NCBI GenBank assembly: GCA_004431415.1
Contig: QPMI01000056.1
Span: forward strand, 248,001-312,000
Source of the DNA: Cyanophora paradoxa CCMP329
Taxonomy: Eukaryota > Plantae > Glaucophyta
Reading direction: 5' to 3'
DNA length: 64,000 bases
A model generated the notes under the pieces. The model was not told the DNA's origin and did no database searches. It was given only the letters and a program-made list of their open reading frames with translations. Below are positions 25,101 through 37,100 of this stretch, piece after piece. The translations under genes and the position numbers were made by a program. Each line of letters opens with the position of its first letter. Position 1 is the first letter of the stretch.

Positions 25101-28100
25101 CGCTCCACCGATCTGTTTGGCGATCGTGCACGTTGTCGAAGCGCCGAGACGACGGCGCTGGCTCTGGCAACTGATTGTGCCGCCTGCCCGTTTGGAATGA
25201 GAATCGATATCGAGCGCGGCCAAAACGCGCATAAAAACAACAATTTTATTACGTGCCTACTACTTGCAGGGGCGCAGGAGAGCCGCCGATGTGGCGCGTC
25301 TCGGGATCGATGGTCGAGGCATAGCGTACGGAAATGGTGGCAGCATTGCTGACACTGGCGACCGTGACCGTGAAACTGAACTGAGTCGAAGGCTGCGTCT
25401 GACTGACGTTTGACACACGCGCCGTGGTGACATTTCCAAACGCGTCCGTCGTGTTGACCTCGACGGTGGACTGTGCAATGGACACAAGCGGCGACACCGT
25501 TGCGACGCCCGCTGGTTGGACGCTCACCACTAGCTCCGATGCTGAGAAAAACAATTAAAAACCGGAAAATATGGGATTGAAAAACGCGAAAACGACGCGA
25601 GAGAGCACCTTCAAAATCAAGGGAGTTTGCGGCGCGCGAAATGAAGCAAGTGAAGGTTGTGCCGATGGGGGCGCGCGACGAGTTGCAGGAGAGAGATGCG
25701 GAGAGAACCTCAAGTGTCACAGGGTTCGAGACCAGCGAGCTCGCATTGTTCGTAGCTTGAACGCTCCATGGAACTGATATGTTAGGGTACAGGCTCTGTT
25801 CCGTGACCCGCGCCTCGAATTGCACAGACCCATCGCTAACCGCCGAGTAAGCAGTAAAGGTTGTGGTTGCAGGCTGCGCGATTGGCGATGAAAAATCCGA
25901 CGGGAGAAGAATGGGCCACGTTTCATTCGAGGCTGTAACTAGACACTGGAAGACTGCACCCAGGGCGCGGCGCCGCGGCGTGCACGCAACGCTGCCGTTA
26001 AGGGTTGCAATGGATGCGTTTCCGCTGGAGACAGTCACACTGCCATTCAGAACGCGACTTGAGTACATCACGCTGACCCAACTCTGACGGAAGGTCCCCG
26101 AAGCGGTGTAGTTGAAAGTGATTGTGCCGTCTGAGCCGTCAATGAGGTCCGTGACGGTGCCCGCCGACCAAAGGAGACCCCGGCTCCGACGCGTAGAATT
26201 CGAGTTCGAATCCGGGAGCGTTGGGTAGACAACTGGAGAGTCGAAATCGTCAATTTGGAGCGCCGGTGACTGTCCAATGCGTTCCAGGGTGCAAATGCCA
26301 GAGGACCCGAGCACACGACGCTCCGGGCAGGCAAGGCGGGCTCCGATCACATCGATGGGGAATTCCTTCATCTGACCGCCGCCAACAGAATCCGCCCACC
26401 GGACGGAAAGTTGTGCAGCGCCCTTGGGTGTGACTGCGTGTGCGGCAAATGTGATGTTGTCTTGCCCTCCAATGATTACTGGATCGACACTGAAAAAGTC
26501 GCCAACGGAGATCGCTCCCGTGAAGTCGCTATCAAAAACGGGAGGCGAGCTTGAGGCCAATGCCACTGAGCAGAGCACGGTAGCGCCTGGTGCGACGCGG
26601 ATTGGAGAGCATGACTCGATGTCAGCATGGACAACTGTGATGTCGTACGTGTTGGGAACGTCGCCGCCGCCGACCTTACCCGCCCACGCGGCGCTGACGG
26701 TTACATTTACGCCCAGAATTGATGCGTTCACGCCGATCGAAAGCTGCAGAAAGCGGATGCGTCTGATTTCAGCATCTCCCGGAATTGCATGTATATATGT
26801 ATACGAGTTTAAAGCACACCGATCCGGACTGGAGGGCAATGGGCATTGCGGGGTTGGGGAACTCGGAGATAAGTGCAGGCGTGCCAATGTCCTCAGGAAT
26901 AAGAGCAGATGACTGGGAGGCGCGCTCGATGGAGCAGCTGAGGGTGCTGTTGAGGCGGCGGCGCGTGTTGGGGCACTTCAGAGTTCCCCAGATGGCGGCA
27001 AACTGAGCATTTAGAGCCGAGGAATGGATGGGATAGAAGCCGCCGATCTCTGGAAAGCAGAAGGGACAACAGCATCATTCATATAAAACTCATTAGAAGG
27101 GCTAATTAGAAGAGAAAATAGCGCACCCGCATAATTAATGCTTACGAATCCGGTCGGGCCAGCAAGCGGAGCAGAGGGCAGCTGCAGAGATGTTATCAAA
27201 TCTCCTTCGGTCTCGTTTGAGGGCTCAAATTTCAGCTGCGAGAACTGTTTCGTTCTGTACATGTCATGCTCTGGTCAGATATTTCATATTCGTGCAGCAA
27301 TTGCAATCTATCAACATGCCGCACCCAATCCTGTAGACAGCGAAAAACATGTCCTCGACCTGAAGATCGGCCGAGTCGTTCGTCCGTTTTAGGATGCATT
27401 TGGCCGCCGAGCCCGCTAGTGTACGGGCGGCGCAGCTGAGCGAAGCGCCGATGAATCCCGGCTCGAAGAAGCCCAGAGGGCCGCCCCCGAGCTGCAAACC
27501 ATCGCGATCGTCACGGCCAGGCAAGAATGACAAGGTCAGCGACTTAAACAGCGCGAGAGATATATATAGCTCCTTGTTTTCGAAACGAACCGGGCCGCTG
27601 TAGTCAACGAGAATTACAGCGGGTCCCGGGCGCAAAACCGTCGCCTCAAAGCGCAGGCGCGACCCATCCTCCGGATCGACAGACACGGGGCCAAACTGCA
27701 AAGACTGGACGCTCCCGTTGGTCCGCGGCGGGCTCACGTCGTTCAGCTTGACGACGCTGGTCGAGACGCACGAAGCGACCATAATCTGGAAGCGTATTGG
27801 GGTAAGTACTTGCTGTTATTCATGCTCTCCCCGCAAGCGTTAGCCCACCGTGCAGCGGATTTTGTCGCTGACGGCACGCCGGCTGTAATCCGCTTCGCGG
27901 TCTTCATCGCATGTAAGGCGTGCATGAACAACATCGATGCCGACGGCTCCAACCTCGCCGCGACCGACCTTCGCTGAGTACAAAGCGACGTACCGGAACC
28001 TTGCACTAGAAATTGGTTAGCTCGCGATCGTAATATACGCATGAGCGGACTACTCATGAGCGCACTTGCAGCGGTTGTCTACGGGATAAGATTCGGTCGC

Positions 28101-31100
28101 ATAAAAGTCGAAAGCAATGCCGTCGCTCAAGACGGTAGAATTTCTGAGGCTGCACAAACGTGCATAAAGCGGCGTCAGGCAGCTGCAGGGTCAAAGTGCA
28201 CAGCGGATCCCGCATTGCAAGCGGCACCTAAGCGGCTCGGCAGTCTGGTCCACAAAGTCCGATCCCTACGCAAGACGAAAATTAATTTACGCGAAACGTA
28301 GAGTCTCGCGACGAGGTAGAGGCGCGCCTCGAGGGGTGCGGAGGCAGCGTCTTTGTAGATGGTGCAGCGCGCCATGCCGCCGATGCCCAAGCGCGTCGCG
28401 TTGCAGGCGATGGGGTTCGTCGAACGGACTTTAATGACAGAAATCTACCATATACATGAGATCAGTTTACATGAAATGAGGCTGTTTTGAATTCTGGGCG
28501 ACTCGTGCATACCGAAACGCCTTCGTCTATGTACGTGCGTGTGGCGACGAGGCCGGCATCGTAGTACGCCCGAACTACCGCCGAGCCAAGGGCTGTAGAC
28601 CGAACGGGGAAAGCGTAGCATTCCGAATCGTCCAGACTCAGACCCCGCGCGGCAACCGTCGATTCACCGAAGAAGTCAAGTACGTTTGTTCCGGACACGA
28701 GGAAGCCGCCGATGTCCTCGGGCATGGGCGTCGACCACGAGTTGTTACGGCAGACGCGGCATGTGATATCCATCGCGAGCCGCGTCCGCACCGCGGCACC
28801 AAAGGAGCCGGCAGGATCGCCGTCGCGCCGGCATTCTAGCTTGCCCGAGACATAAATGATATTCGTTGGGCTTGTCGTAGCAAGCGTGGTTGTGGACTCG
28901 TCGATGATGTCCGAGTAGGCAGCGGTGATTGTAGCGTCTTCGGAAATACAAATTGGCGAGTTCAGACTTGAAGAGCAAATAATTGAAATTATTACGCAGC
29001 TGAGCAAGCGTACCAGACAATGATTGCGAGACAGGAGGTGGGCTAAACTTGAAGCGGAGCACACGCACACCGCCAACGATTTCCTCAGTCGGTTCCGTAA
29101 CCTCACCAAGCGCACCGAAGTCGATGGTGAAGTCGCTTGAATTAAGCGCAGCGGAGCTACTCGAAGGCGTAAAGTCGCAGGTGAGATTCGTTCCTGGAAC
29201 GCGACGCCCGGGGTTCGTGCAGCTGAGAGATGCGTCGATGATGCTGACTTGCATGGTAGATACTGTGACATTGCGAATGCCATTGTCTGACGCAGAGACC
29301 GAGGTTCCAGACCAAACGATCTGCATGACATGGTTGGGTCGAAGAAAGAAGAGAGATTCATTCAGATCTAGAGACACAAAGCAAATATTCTAACCGCACC
29401 TGGAGCGAGTACTGACCGGCCTGTACCGCAGAGTGATCAATGTAAATAGTGGGCCAGTCGACCGACTTTATGTAGGCCGCGGACGGGGCGAGGAGCGCAA
29501 AATCATCCATTTGCAGAGGGCTGGAGGCTTCATCGGGATGAACAGCCTGGACGGTGCACGCTACTGGAGCGGATCGCGAGCGGCGGAGGGAATCGCATGT
29601 TGCGTTATGCTCGTCAATGATGTCGAAAGCGACGGATAGCGCCGAGTTTGCGGAGGCCGAAACGGCAGGGCCGTACAAGACGAGCAGCTCACATGGTGCA
29701 GCTCCGATGAGCCCTTGTGCGGTGAACTCAAACGTGAGCGTACCCGCCTCGGTGCCCGCAGAGAATCCGGAAACATTTGCGTCCGCAGACTCCGGCGACG
29801 CGCCGCAGGTCGTGCGATTAAAGCGGAGATCGGTTACAACAAGAGGTGCCGACCAGGCAGCCGGAAGAACAGAGCAGGTGACGGTCGTGCCCAACACCAC
29901 GCGACGGTTGCAAGTAATGCTGGATGTTTCCACAATTTCCACGAAAGCTGGCGACGACGAGCCTCCACCAAGGAGAGATGCCGTGATAGTCGTATTGCGT
30001 GAGCCTTTCGAGACGTAAACGATGCTCACGAGCGTTCCGTCGGCGCGCGACTCCCACGGCCCGAATTCAAGGGCTTCAGGCGTGCTTGTTGTGATGCCAA
30101 GGGCGACAACGGCGGGCAGCGGCACGCTCGAGCTGAGCACGCAGGTCATATTATTGCCGACGGCTATGCGCTTATCGCAGTTGAGGTTTGCGGCCATTTT
30201 GACGACGCTGACGTCAAATGGCACGACATGACCGCCGTCGGCCCAAGCGACCGAGATGCGCGACGGCTCTGCCAGCTCCAGAACGATGCAGCGACACGAA
30301 AAGCGGAAAAGGCCCGCCGACGCGTACTCCAGAGCGCCACAGTCTTGCGATACACCGTCCAGAACGAACGGTGCGCCAAAGACTGAGGTCGATGTCAGAG
30401 AAGCGCCGTGAGTCTGCTTCAATTCGCAGTTTGTCGTCTGATCGAATCCGACGGTGCTCAACGAGCAGGTGATGCTGAAGTCCACCGGTGCACTGCCCGT
30501 GTACACGGCTGTGTAGAGATCCTCACGACCCGCAATGGTCGACGAGTACAGGCCCTTGACCGAGAAGGCAGCTCCGTTTGCGCCTTGGAAGCCCGAAAGT
30601 GTGAAGTTGAACTGAGCAGGAATCAAATCAAGAGCTCGAGCGATCTCGATTCGTTTACGAGATTCAACAGTCCTATAGCTACATATGCCGTGCAAATGCG
30701 AGATAGAAACGCAAATACGAATGCGAACCTTGCCTGTGTCCGTCCATGCGGCGAACGATTCGGCAACAAGGCCCGCATTTGAAACGATGGGAGTCGTGGC
30801 GGAGAAGTCCGAGAGATCCAGATTGGAGGCGCCGGGTACAAGATGGCAGCGGGTCTGGCGCCGGCAGCGTTTGCACGTAAGTCCAACGAAAGCGGCTGAA
30901 TGTTTTAATTAGAATGCAAGGAAGCCGATTGAGCACCTCGCCAAACTTGTAGACCACGGGCGAGCACGTGACGGTAGCAGAGACGAGAGTAAGGTTGGTG
31001 CCCGGGCTCCGCACGTCGGCGGTGCCTGCAAGCTCCGCGCTCCACTTGGCCTGCACCGCCAATTCCGTGGGCAGCGAGGCCGACCCAACAGTGGCATTGA

Positions 31101-34100
31101 AGCCGAGTCCGTTACTAATCGTGGAAGACACGCTGATGGACGAGAACGAAATCCCCGATACGGCAATTGGCGTGACATCGGTTGCGCGGAGCTCCAGTGA
31201 CTCGCCAGCGGTTGCGAGTGTGCATCGCACGACCGAGCCAGAGGCAGCTCGGCTCCGGTCGCAGTTTGGCGCATCCAGAACCAAATGCACAACGTCCATA
31301 GAAAAGGCAGCGACTGGCTCATCGTCAGTAACCGTGTGCGTCGCCGCCCAACTGCGTGATAGAAATTGGTGTCCTATACCTCGCACGCTACACTTAAATG
31401 AAAGGATGGAGTACGCACTGCCCGGTTATAGCGTTCAATAGGTACTGACTCGATTCAGCGACCTTAGAGTCGAGCTGGATAGTCATCTGGCCGTTTGAAA
31501 CGGCTGGATTGGTTCCTGCTGAGTCCTTTGCAATTCTGTCCAACGGTATCTCATGCATGTGAGGCCCAAAAGAGGATGAAGAGTTTGCGCTTCGCACCGC
31601 TCGGTGTTTCCCCACACAAGACCCGCCGGAGCATCTTCAATATTCATATCGGCAATCGCCCCAGAGGGCCCCCACTGCGCTCGCCATGGCCAAGTTAGAT
31701 TCGAGAAATGCGCTTTTCGCTGATTAGAAATCAAGGGAATATTGTACTGTACTACATCGTCAAATGTAATCTCATATGCACACCTTGACCGTCAGAGCGA
31801 CAGAGCCGCCAGCTCCCTGCACGGATTTTGAATCGAGCCGATCAACCGCGCGTTCAGTTTAGTGGGATATTGCAACGTTTCATAATTGGGAATCGCTCAC
31901 CGCAGCAACTCTGCAAGCACCGCCGCTCGTCATTGAGGGGCACGTGTTCTCTGTAACTCGTTGAATAGTCGTAAGTGGTTGATTAGGATTAATCGCCGGT
32001 AACGCTGTGCACAGCTGTCAAGAACAAATTTCTGGTGATGGCGAACGAGACAAACGGCGCTCACTTCGGTCCAGTTTATACTGAACAAGAAGCTGAATTT
32101 GCTGCGACGCGTCGGAACCTATCCTCAGTTTCATGAGGACTCTTCCTGTCTCCGTTGCGTCTTCAGCGGACGTCGGTTCCATGTATGGATTAAGGATGAG
32201 CGAGTATGGGGCATCCGAAGGGATGACAAAGTCTCGGGCGCGGATCCAGGTTCCAGCCACCTACGTAGTTGGCCATTGAGTGGCCAGCCATTTAATGATA
32301 ACGAGCACCGCCTGTGCTTCACGCACCGGAGAGATGGCGATTATGACTGAACCGCCGACGACAAATTTGCCGTCGGCAGTGGGGTTCGGGTCCACAATTG
32401 CAATTGTTGCAGATGCCTCAAAGACGCGGAACGCGAAGCCACCAATGAGCGTCTGAGAACGCGGAACGAATATTTAATGCCATGCAACGATGGCGCTAGC
32501 CATATGTAGCATGCGCAGCAGGCCACGGGCAAGGCGCTGACCGTGTGTCGTGACTCGCGGGCATACCAATTCCGGCCCCGGTTGTAATCTTCATTGAGGC
32601 GGCTGTCATAATATGTATCATCGGCGCCTTCGGCAGTGATCGCGGCCGGCAAAACCCCCGTGTACTCAGTAAGACCGATGGAGTCGTCTGTATACAGGGC
32701 CGGATCGTAGAAGAGCCCCTGGAGGAAGGCGTTCAAGGCTTATCGATGATAAAACCTTTGTTCAACTTGACAGACTCACCCCAGACTTTTCATGTGACCA
32801 GCCAACCTTCACGAGCTCGTAGGGCCATGGCGTGTTCTCGGCATTGCAGCCGTAATACCTTTCGTCCGTGCACTTCGGCGTGTCTGAAGGAGTGGCTCGG
32901 AGGCCAGTAATGGAGAGTGTGGCACACGAGCCGCCGGGGACAGCCTCAGAGGTGAGACTCCAGTCAAGAGCCTTGCCCGAGCCGCCTCCCACAATGACGT
33001 CAAGATAGGTGTCGGGGATAATGGTGGCGCTGTTGTCCTTGGCGCAAATCCTGCCAGCGCGTCAACATTAACGTTAACGGTCTCAATGCGACTGAAATGC
33101 ATTGAGACTCTAGAACTCGATACTTTATAAATATAAGTAGTCGGGTCGCGCACTTGACTGGGATTGTAGAACCTTTAGGAATAGCAATCGTTCTCGTCTG
33201 ATCCCTACCGTCATTTCGATGTGTATTTGGCCAACCGTAGACGAGAGTTCTGAAAACATAGGTTTCCGTGCTTGTTCCATACGCATTCAGGTAGCTGTCT
33301 GGAATGCGAACATCGGCATCCACAACCTCAATGCTGAGAGTCTTGATAAACTGCTGATCCGTCGGGAAATTGATAAACCTACGACCAACCATTAATATTA
33401 GTATACGCATATATATCAGCTCAGCACTGCGCCGTGTCTCCAAAAAAATACCCGCGAAAAAATCAAAAACAAATCAGAAAACAAACCATTCCCAGTAACC
33501 CAATCTTGAATATCAGTAAATCTCAGTAAGCCTCAGTAAGAAACATTGAATTAATCGAAGTTATATCATAATCTCGATTAATTATATCTTATCGAAGTTA
33601 TATCTTTTTTATGCGCCGTGTCTCCAAAACAATTCCCAAGAAAAACAAACCATTCACAGTAACCCAATTCCAAATCTCACTAAATCTCAGTAAGCCTCAG
33701 TAACAAAAATCGAATTAATCGAAGTTATATCTTAAATCTTATTTATCGAAGTTATATCATAATCTCGATTAATTATATTTAATCGAAGTTATATCCTTTT
33801 CATCCGCCGTGTCTCCCATGAATAACTAAGTAAGTTTAGTTAAAACCTCGAAAGAAAACCTCTCATTTTTTACTGTATTTTTTGAACGATTTTTTACTGT
33901 ATTTGTTACACTAGAAACAACAATAGAAACGACAATAAAAACAATAGAATTTTAATTGTTTCTGAATCGTATATACGTCAATATATCACTGTAATATATA
34001 TCATATATATCATAGGAAATCGATTTATAGTCAAACCTATAACATATCAATTTGTGTATATGTGATATATATTCATATATGACGTCATGATGATGATGTA

Positions 34101-37100
34101 TATGTATCTGATATATATGACACACCGGCTTATTCGGGAGATCATGACGATCACGGCGATGTGTATATTGTCATGATGTATATGTATATATGTGTGACGC
34201 AATCTGATTGGTGTGCTATTTGTTTTGTTGTATCCCCCTTCAACTTCTCCCCAGGTTTATATCACAGATAACATCTCAGATAATACCTCAGATAATACCT
34301 CAGATAATACCTCAGATTATATCTCAGATAATACCTCAGATTATATCTCAGATAATACCTCATATATTAATTTTAAATTTGCTGGCTTCTGATTGGTTCA
34401 TGTCACAGAGTAGGGACTTTTCATCAAATGCGCCATAAAATGCGCCATAAAATGCGCCATAAAATGCGCCATTAAATGCGCCATTAAATGCGCCATTAAA
34501 TGCGCCATGAAAACCCGGGGAATAAACCATAGTAGGGTATATGATCTCACGGTTCAAGTTTCGCTCACGTTTCACCGAAGTTTCGGTAAATCGATTATCG
34601 GCATCTTCAAACGCTTGTATCTCATCACCAGATTATGATCTCGCAACGTTCTGCATATCGGTTTGAAGCGCTGTTTAAGCTCTACGCAACTGTGCAATCC
34701 CCACAGTATTTCAAGCTACCTTATTATACAACATTTCTCAAAAATCGACCTTTTACACACTGATTGTGGTCATTTCTCGCTGAATCCGAGCCATCTGACT
34801 CCTTTTAATTGCTTTTCTCTTCACAAACTTCTTAAAGCCCTTTATATCATCATCAGTGAGTACTGCTCTATCAGTATAGGTCTTGATATCATAACCTTGC
34901 AGGCTAGCTATGACAGTTTGGTAATTATAACCCCATAGTCTATGCAATTCCTTGTAGGTCTTCTTATCCAAACCACCATTGTACTCATCAAAGGCGCAAT
35001 TGAACTCTTTCTCGTTCCCAAGAATATTGAAAAATACAACGAACTCCACATTGCGACGAATGGTAGTAGAAATAGAACACAAACGCTGAACATTAAAGAT
35101 TACCGAGATTGAATAATGTCTTCCACTCGTTACTAATTTAGATAACACAGCCGAATTATGCATATCCAAATTTGAACCTATCATGTCATCGAGTATGATA
35201 ACTAGGTTATTTCGCTTTTCGTTATTCTCAATTCGTTTCTTTTGCATACTGATCAATCTCAAAACAATGTTATCATCCCACTCTTCATAGATGTTATCGG
35301 GATGGGTGATGTCATTGAATTGTCCAGTAAAAGCTGTTGAACTAAATATAACGATTTGATCGATCTTGTCACGAAGCTCGTAAAGTAAGTATTTTGTGAA
35401 CATTGTCTTACCTGTATTGGAGCGACCAACATTCAAAATTCTTGTCGGGATTCGAACCGTCTTACTCGGATCGAACTCCGGAATATCATCAAGATTTACT
35501 GTGTTATCCATTACAGTAATAAGATAAAAACAAAATAAAGTACACACCTACAAATAATTGCGCTTCCTACACTAACAAAAGAAAAGAACTTTAGAAGTTC
35601 GAGACTTTCAGGGTAGAGATGTTGTAGCCATTAAGTACCATAACATTGTGTCGGAGGGCATAGATATCAACCTGAACAGGAGCGGCATCAGTGCATCCGG
35701 AAACAGTGAGATCCATGTAACTCGAGCTGCTGTTGAAGAAATCCTGGTAACCCATAACCGAGTTCCGAAGCGAATCTTTTCCAGACTTGGAAAGAACAAT
35801 TCCGTAAACATTTCCAGACTCGAATCCGTACGTGGTATTGCCCACAGTAACACCCTTGTAGTGAGAAGGAATGTGATTGACAGCAGAGAGGAAACCGGAA
35901 ATGGGTTTGTTAGATATATCCAGGGAGCGATTGTTGTGGAAGATCTGGAACTGATCAATCTTAACAGCAGATTCATGACCGCAGAAATCCGAGTGAGTGT
36001 AGGTGTTAAGTTTGTTCACCTCTCGAACAGTCATCAGAATCGAGTGAACCAGACCAGAAACATTAGCGAGTGTAACCTCAACAGATTCACCAGCATCAGC
36101 GGTTTTGAGCGCTCGGGTCTTCTTGTGAATGACCTCTGTGATCGGGATGCGAATGCCACCTTGTTCGTTCGCCATTTTAAGGAGTGTCTCAGCCTCAGCC
36201 GAAGCAATGTTTACGAATTGGCAGATCAGAGAGCAATCCGCAAAGGTTACAGATCCACCAGCCGGAACTTGGACAATCGCAGCATCACGGAAATCAACCT
36301 CGATTGTTGGCATATCGGCTAGCGTACATAATGGGAAATAAGCTTCTTCCAGAAAGCAGCGGGGATTCTAACGATGTATTCCATTGCTTCATCTGTGCTT
36401 TCACGATCTGTCTCTTTGAAGTAACCGAGAGAAGCATACATGCTGCTCATGGTAGCGTGATCATTATCGACCAGGGCGTTTACAGTGATCCAATCACCAG
36501 GGATAATATACTTGAAACCACCATGAACGAAACGGACCTCATTAATAAAAGAAGAACCACCATTGGGAGGGTGCAGGCTACACCACCACCAGTGGCAATC
36601 TTGAAATAGAGCGAAACACCAGCAAGGAGTTGCTTGCGAGGTAGATCAAAGTAAGCGGTATTCTTGAAGCCAAAAGTGTTGCCCGGGGACGAACTTGCTC
36701 GAGGAATGGTTTGTATTTGGGGTTGGTTCCGATTTGGAGACCAGGGGAAAGATAAATTTGATCGGAACCGGGAGTTACGAGGAGTTCCTTCAGGGTAGTT
36801 CCAGTGAGTGCCATCTCTTATGTTTAAAATACCAAAAGAAATTTTAAAATGCTTTATTAAACAGAATGACGCGTTACTATCTCAATATTGATTCCAGGAC
36901 CGATCGGATGGAACCCCAACTAATTTCACATACAGACTCCCTTATGCGATCCAAAAGGTCAGAGCCTGTCGAGTAACGAACTTTGAGATGTTTCACAATC
37001 TTTACAACCTCTCTGAAGTAGGAACCCTCACCACACAAACACTCGATAATGCTGGGAACCCAAAGAATAGAAACAACGAAGTCCTCCGAGGTGCATATAC

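Noticed and set aside
33425-33450. Transib/RAG RSS-like end (CACTGCG plus A-tract)
   Set aside because: Spacer length does not fit 12/23, there is no RAG-like transposase, and the element encodes an rve integrase.
33425-34509. CRISPR-like array in the TIR and subterminal repeats
   Set aside because: Repeats are contiguous or duplicated wholesale, with no unique spacers and no cas genes; eukaryotic context.
34208-34575. Short ORFs with QIIP and GAFN repeats
   Set aside because: By-products of the 12-bp arrays, with non-ATG starts; treated as non-coding, though not strictly excluded.
35608-36609. Antisense and alternate-frame ORFs over MCP (e.g. 35648-36322 +)
   Set aside because: Shadow ORFs of the capsid gene with no motifs.
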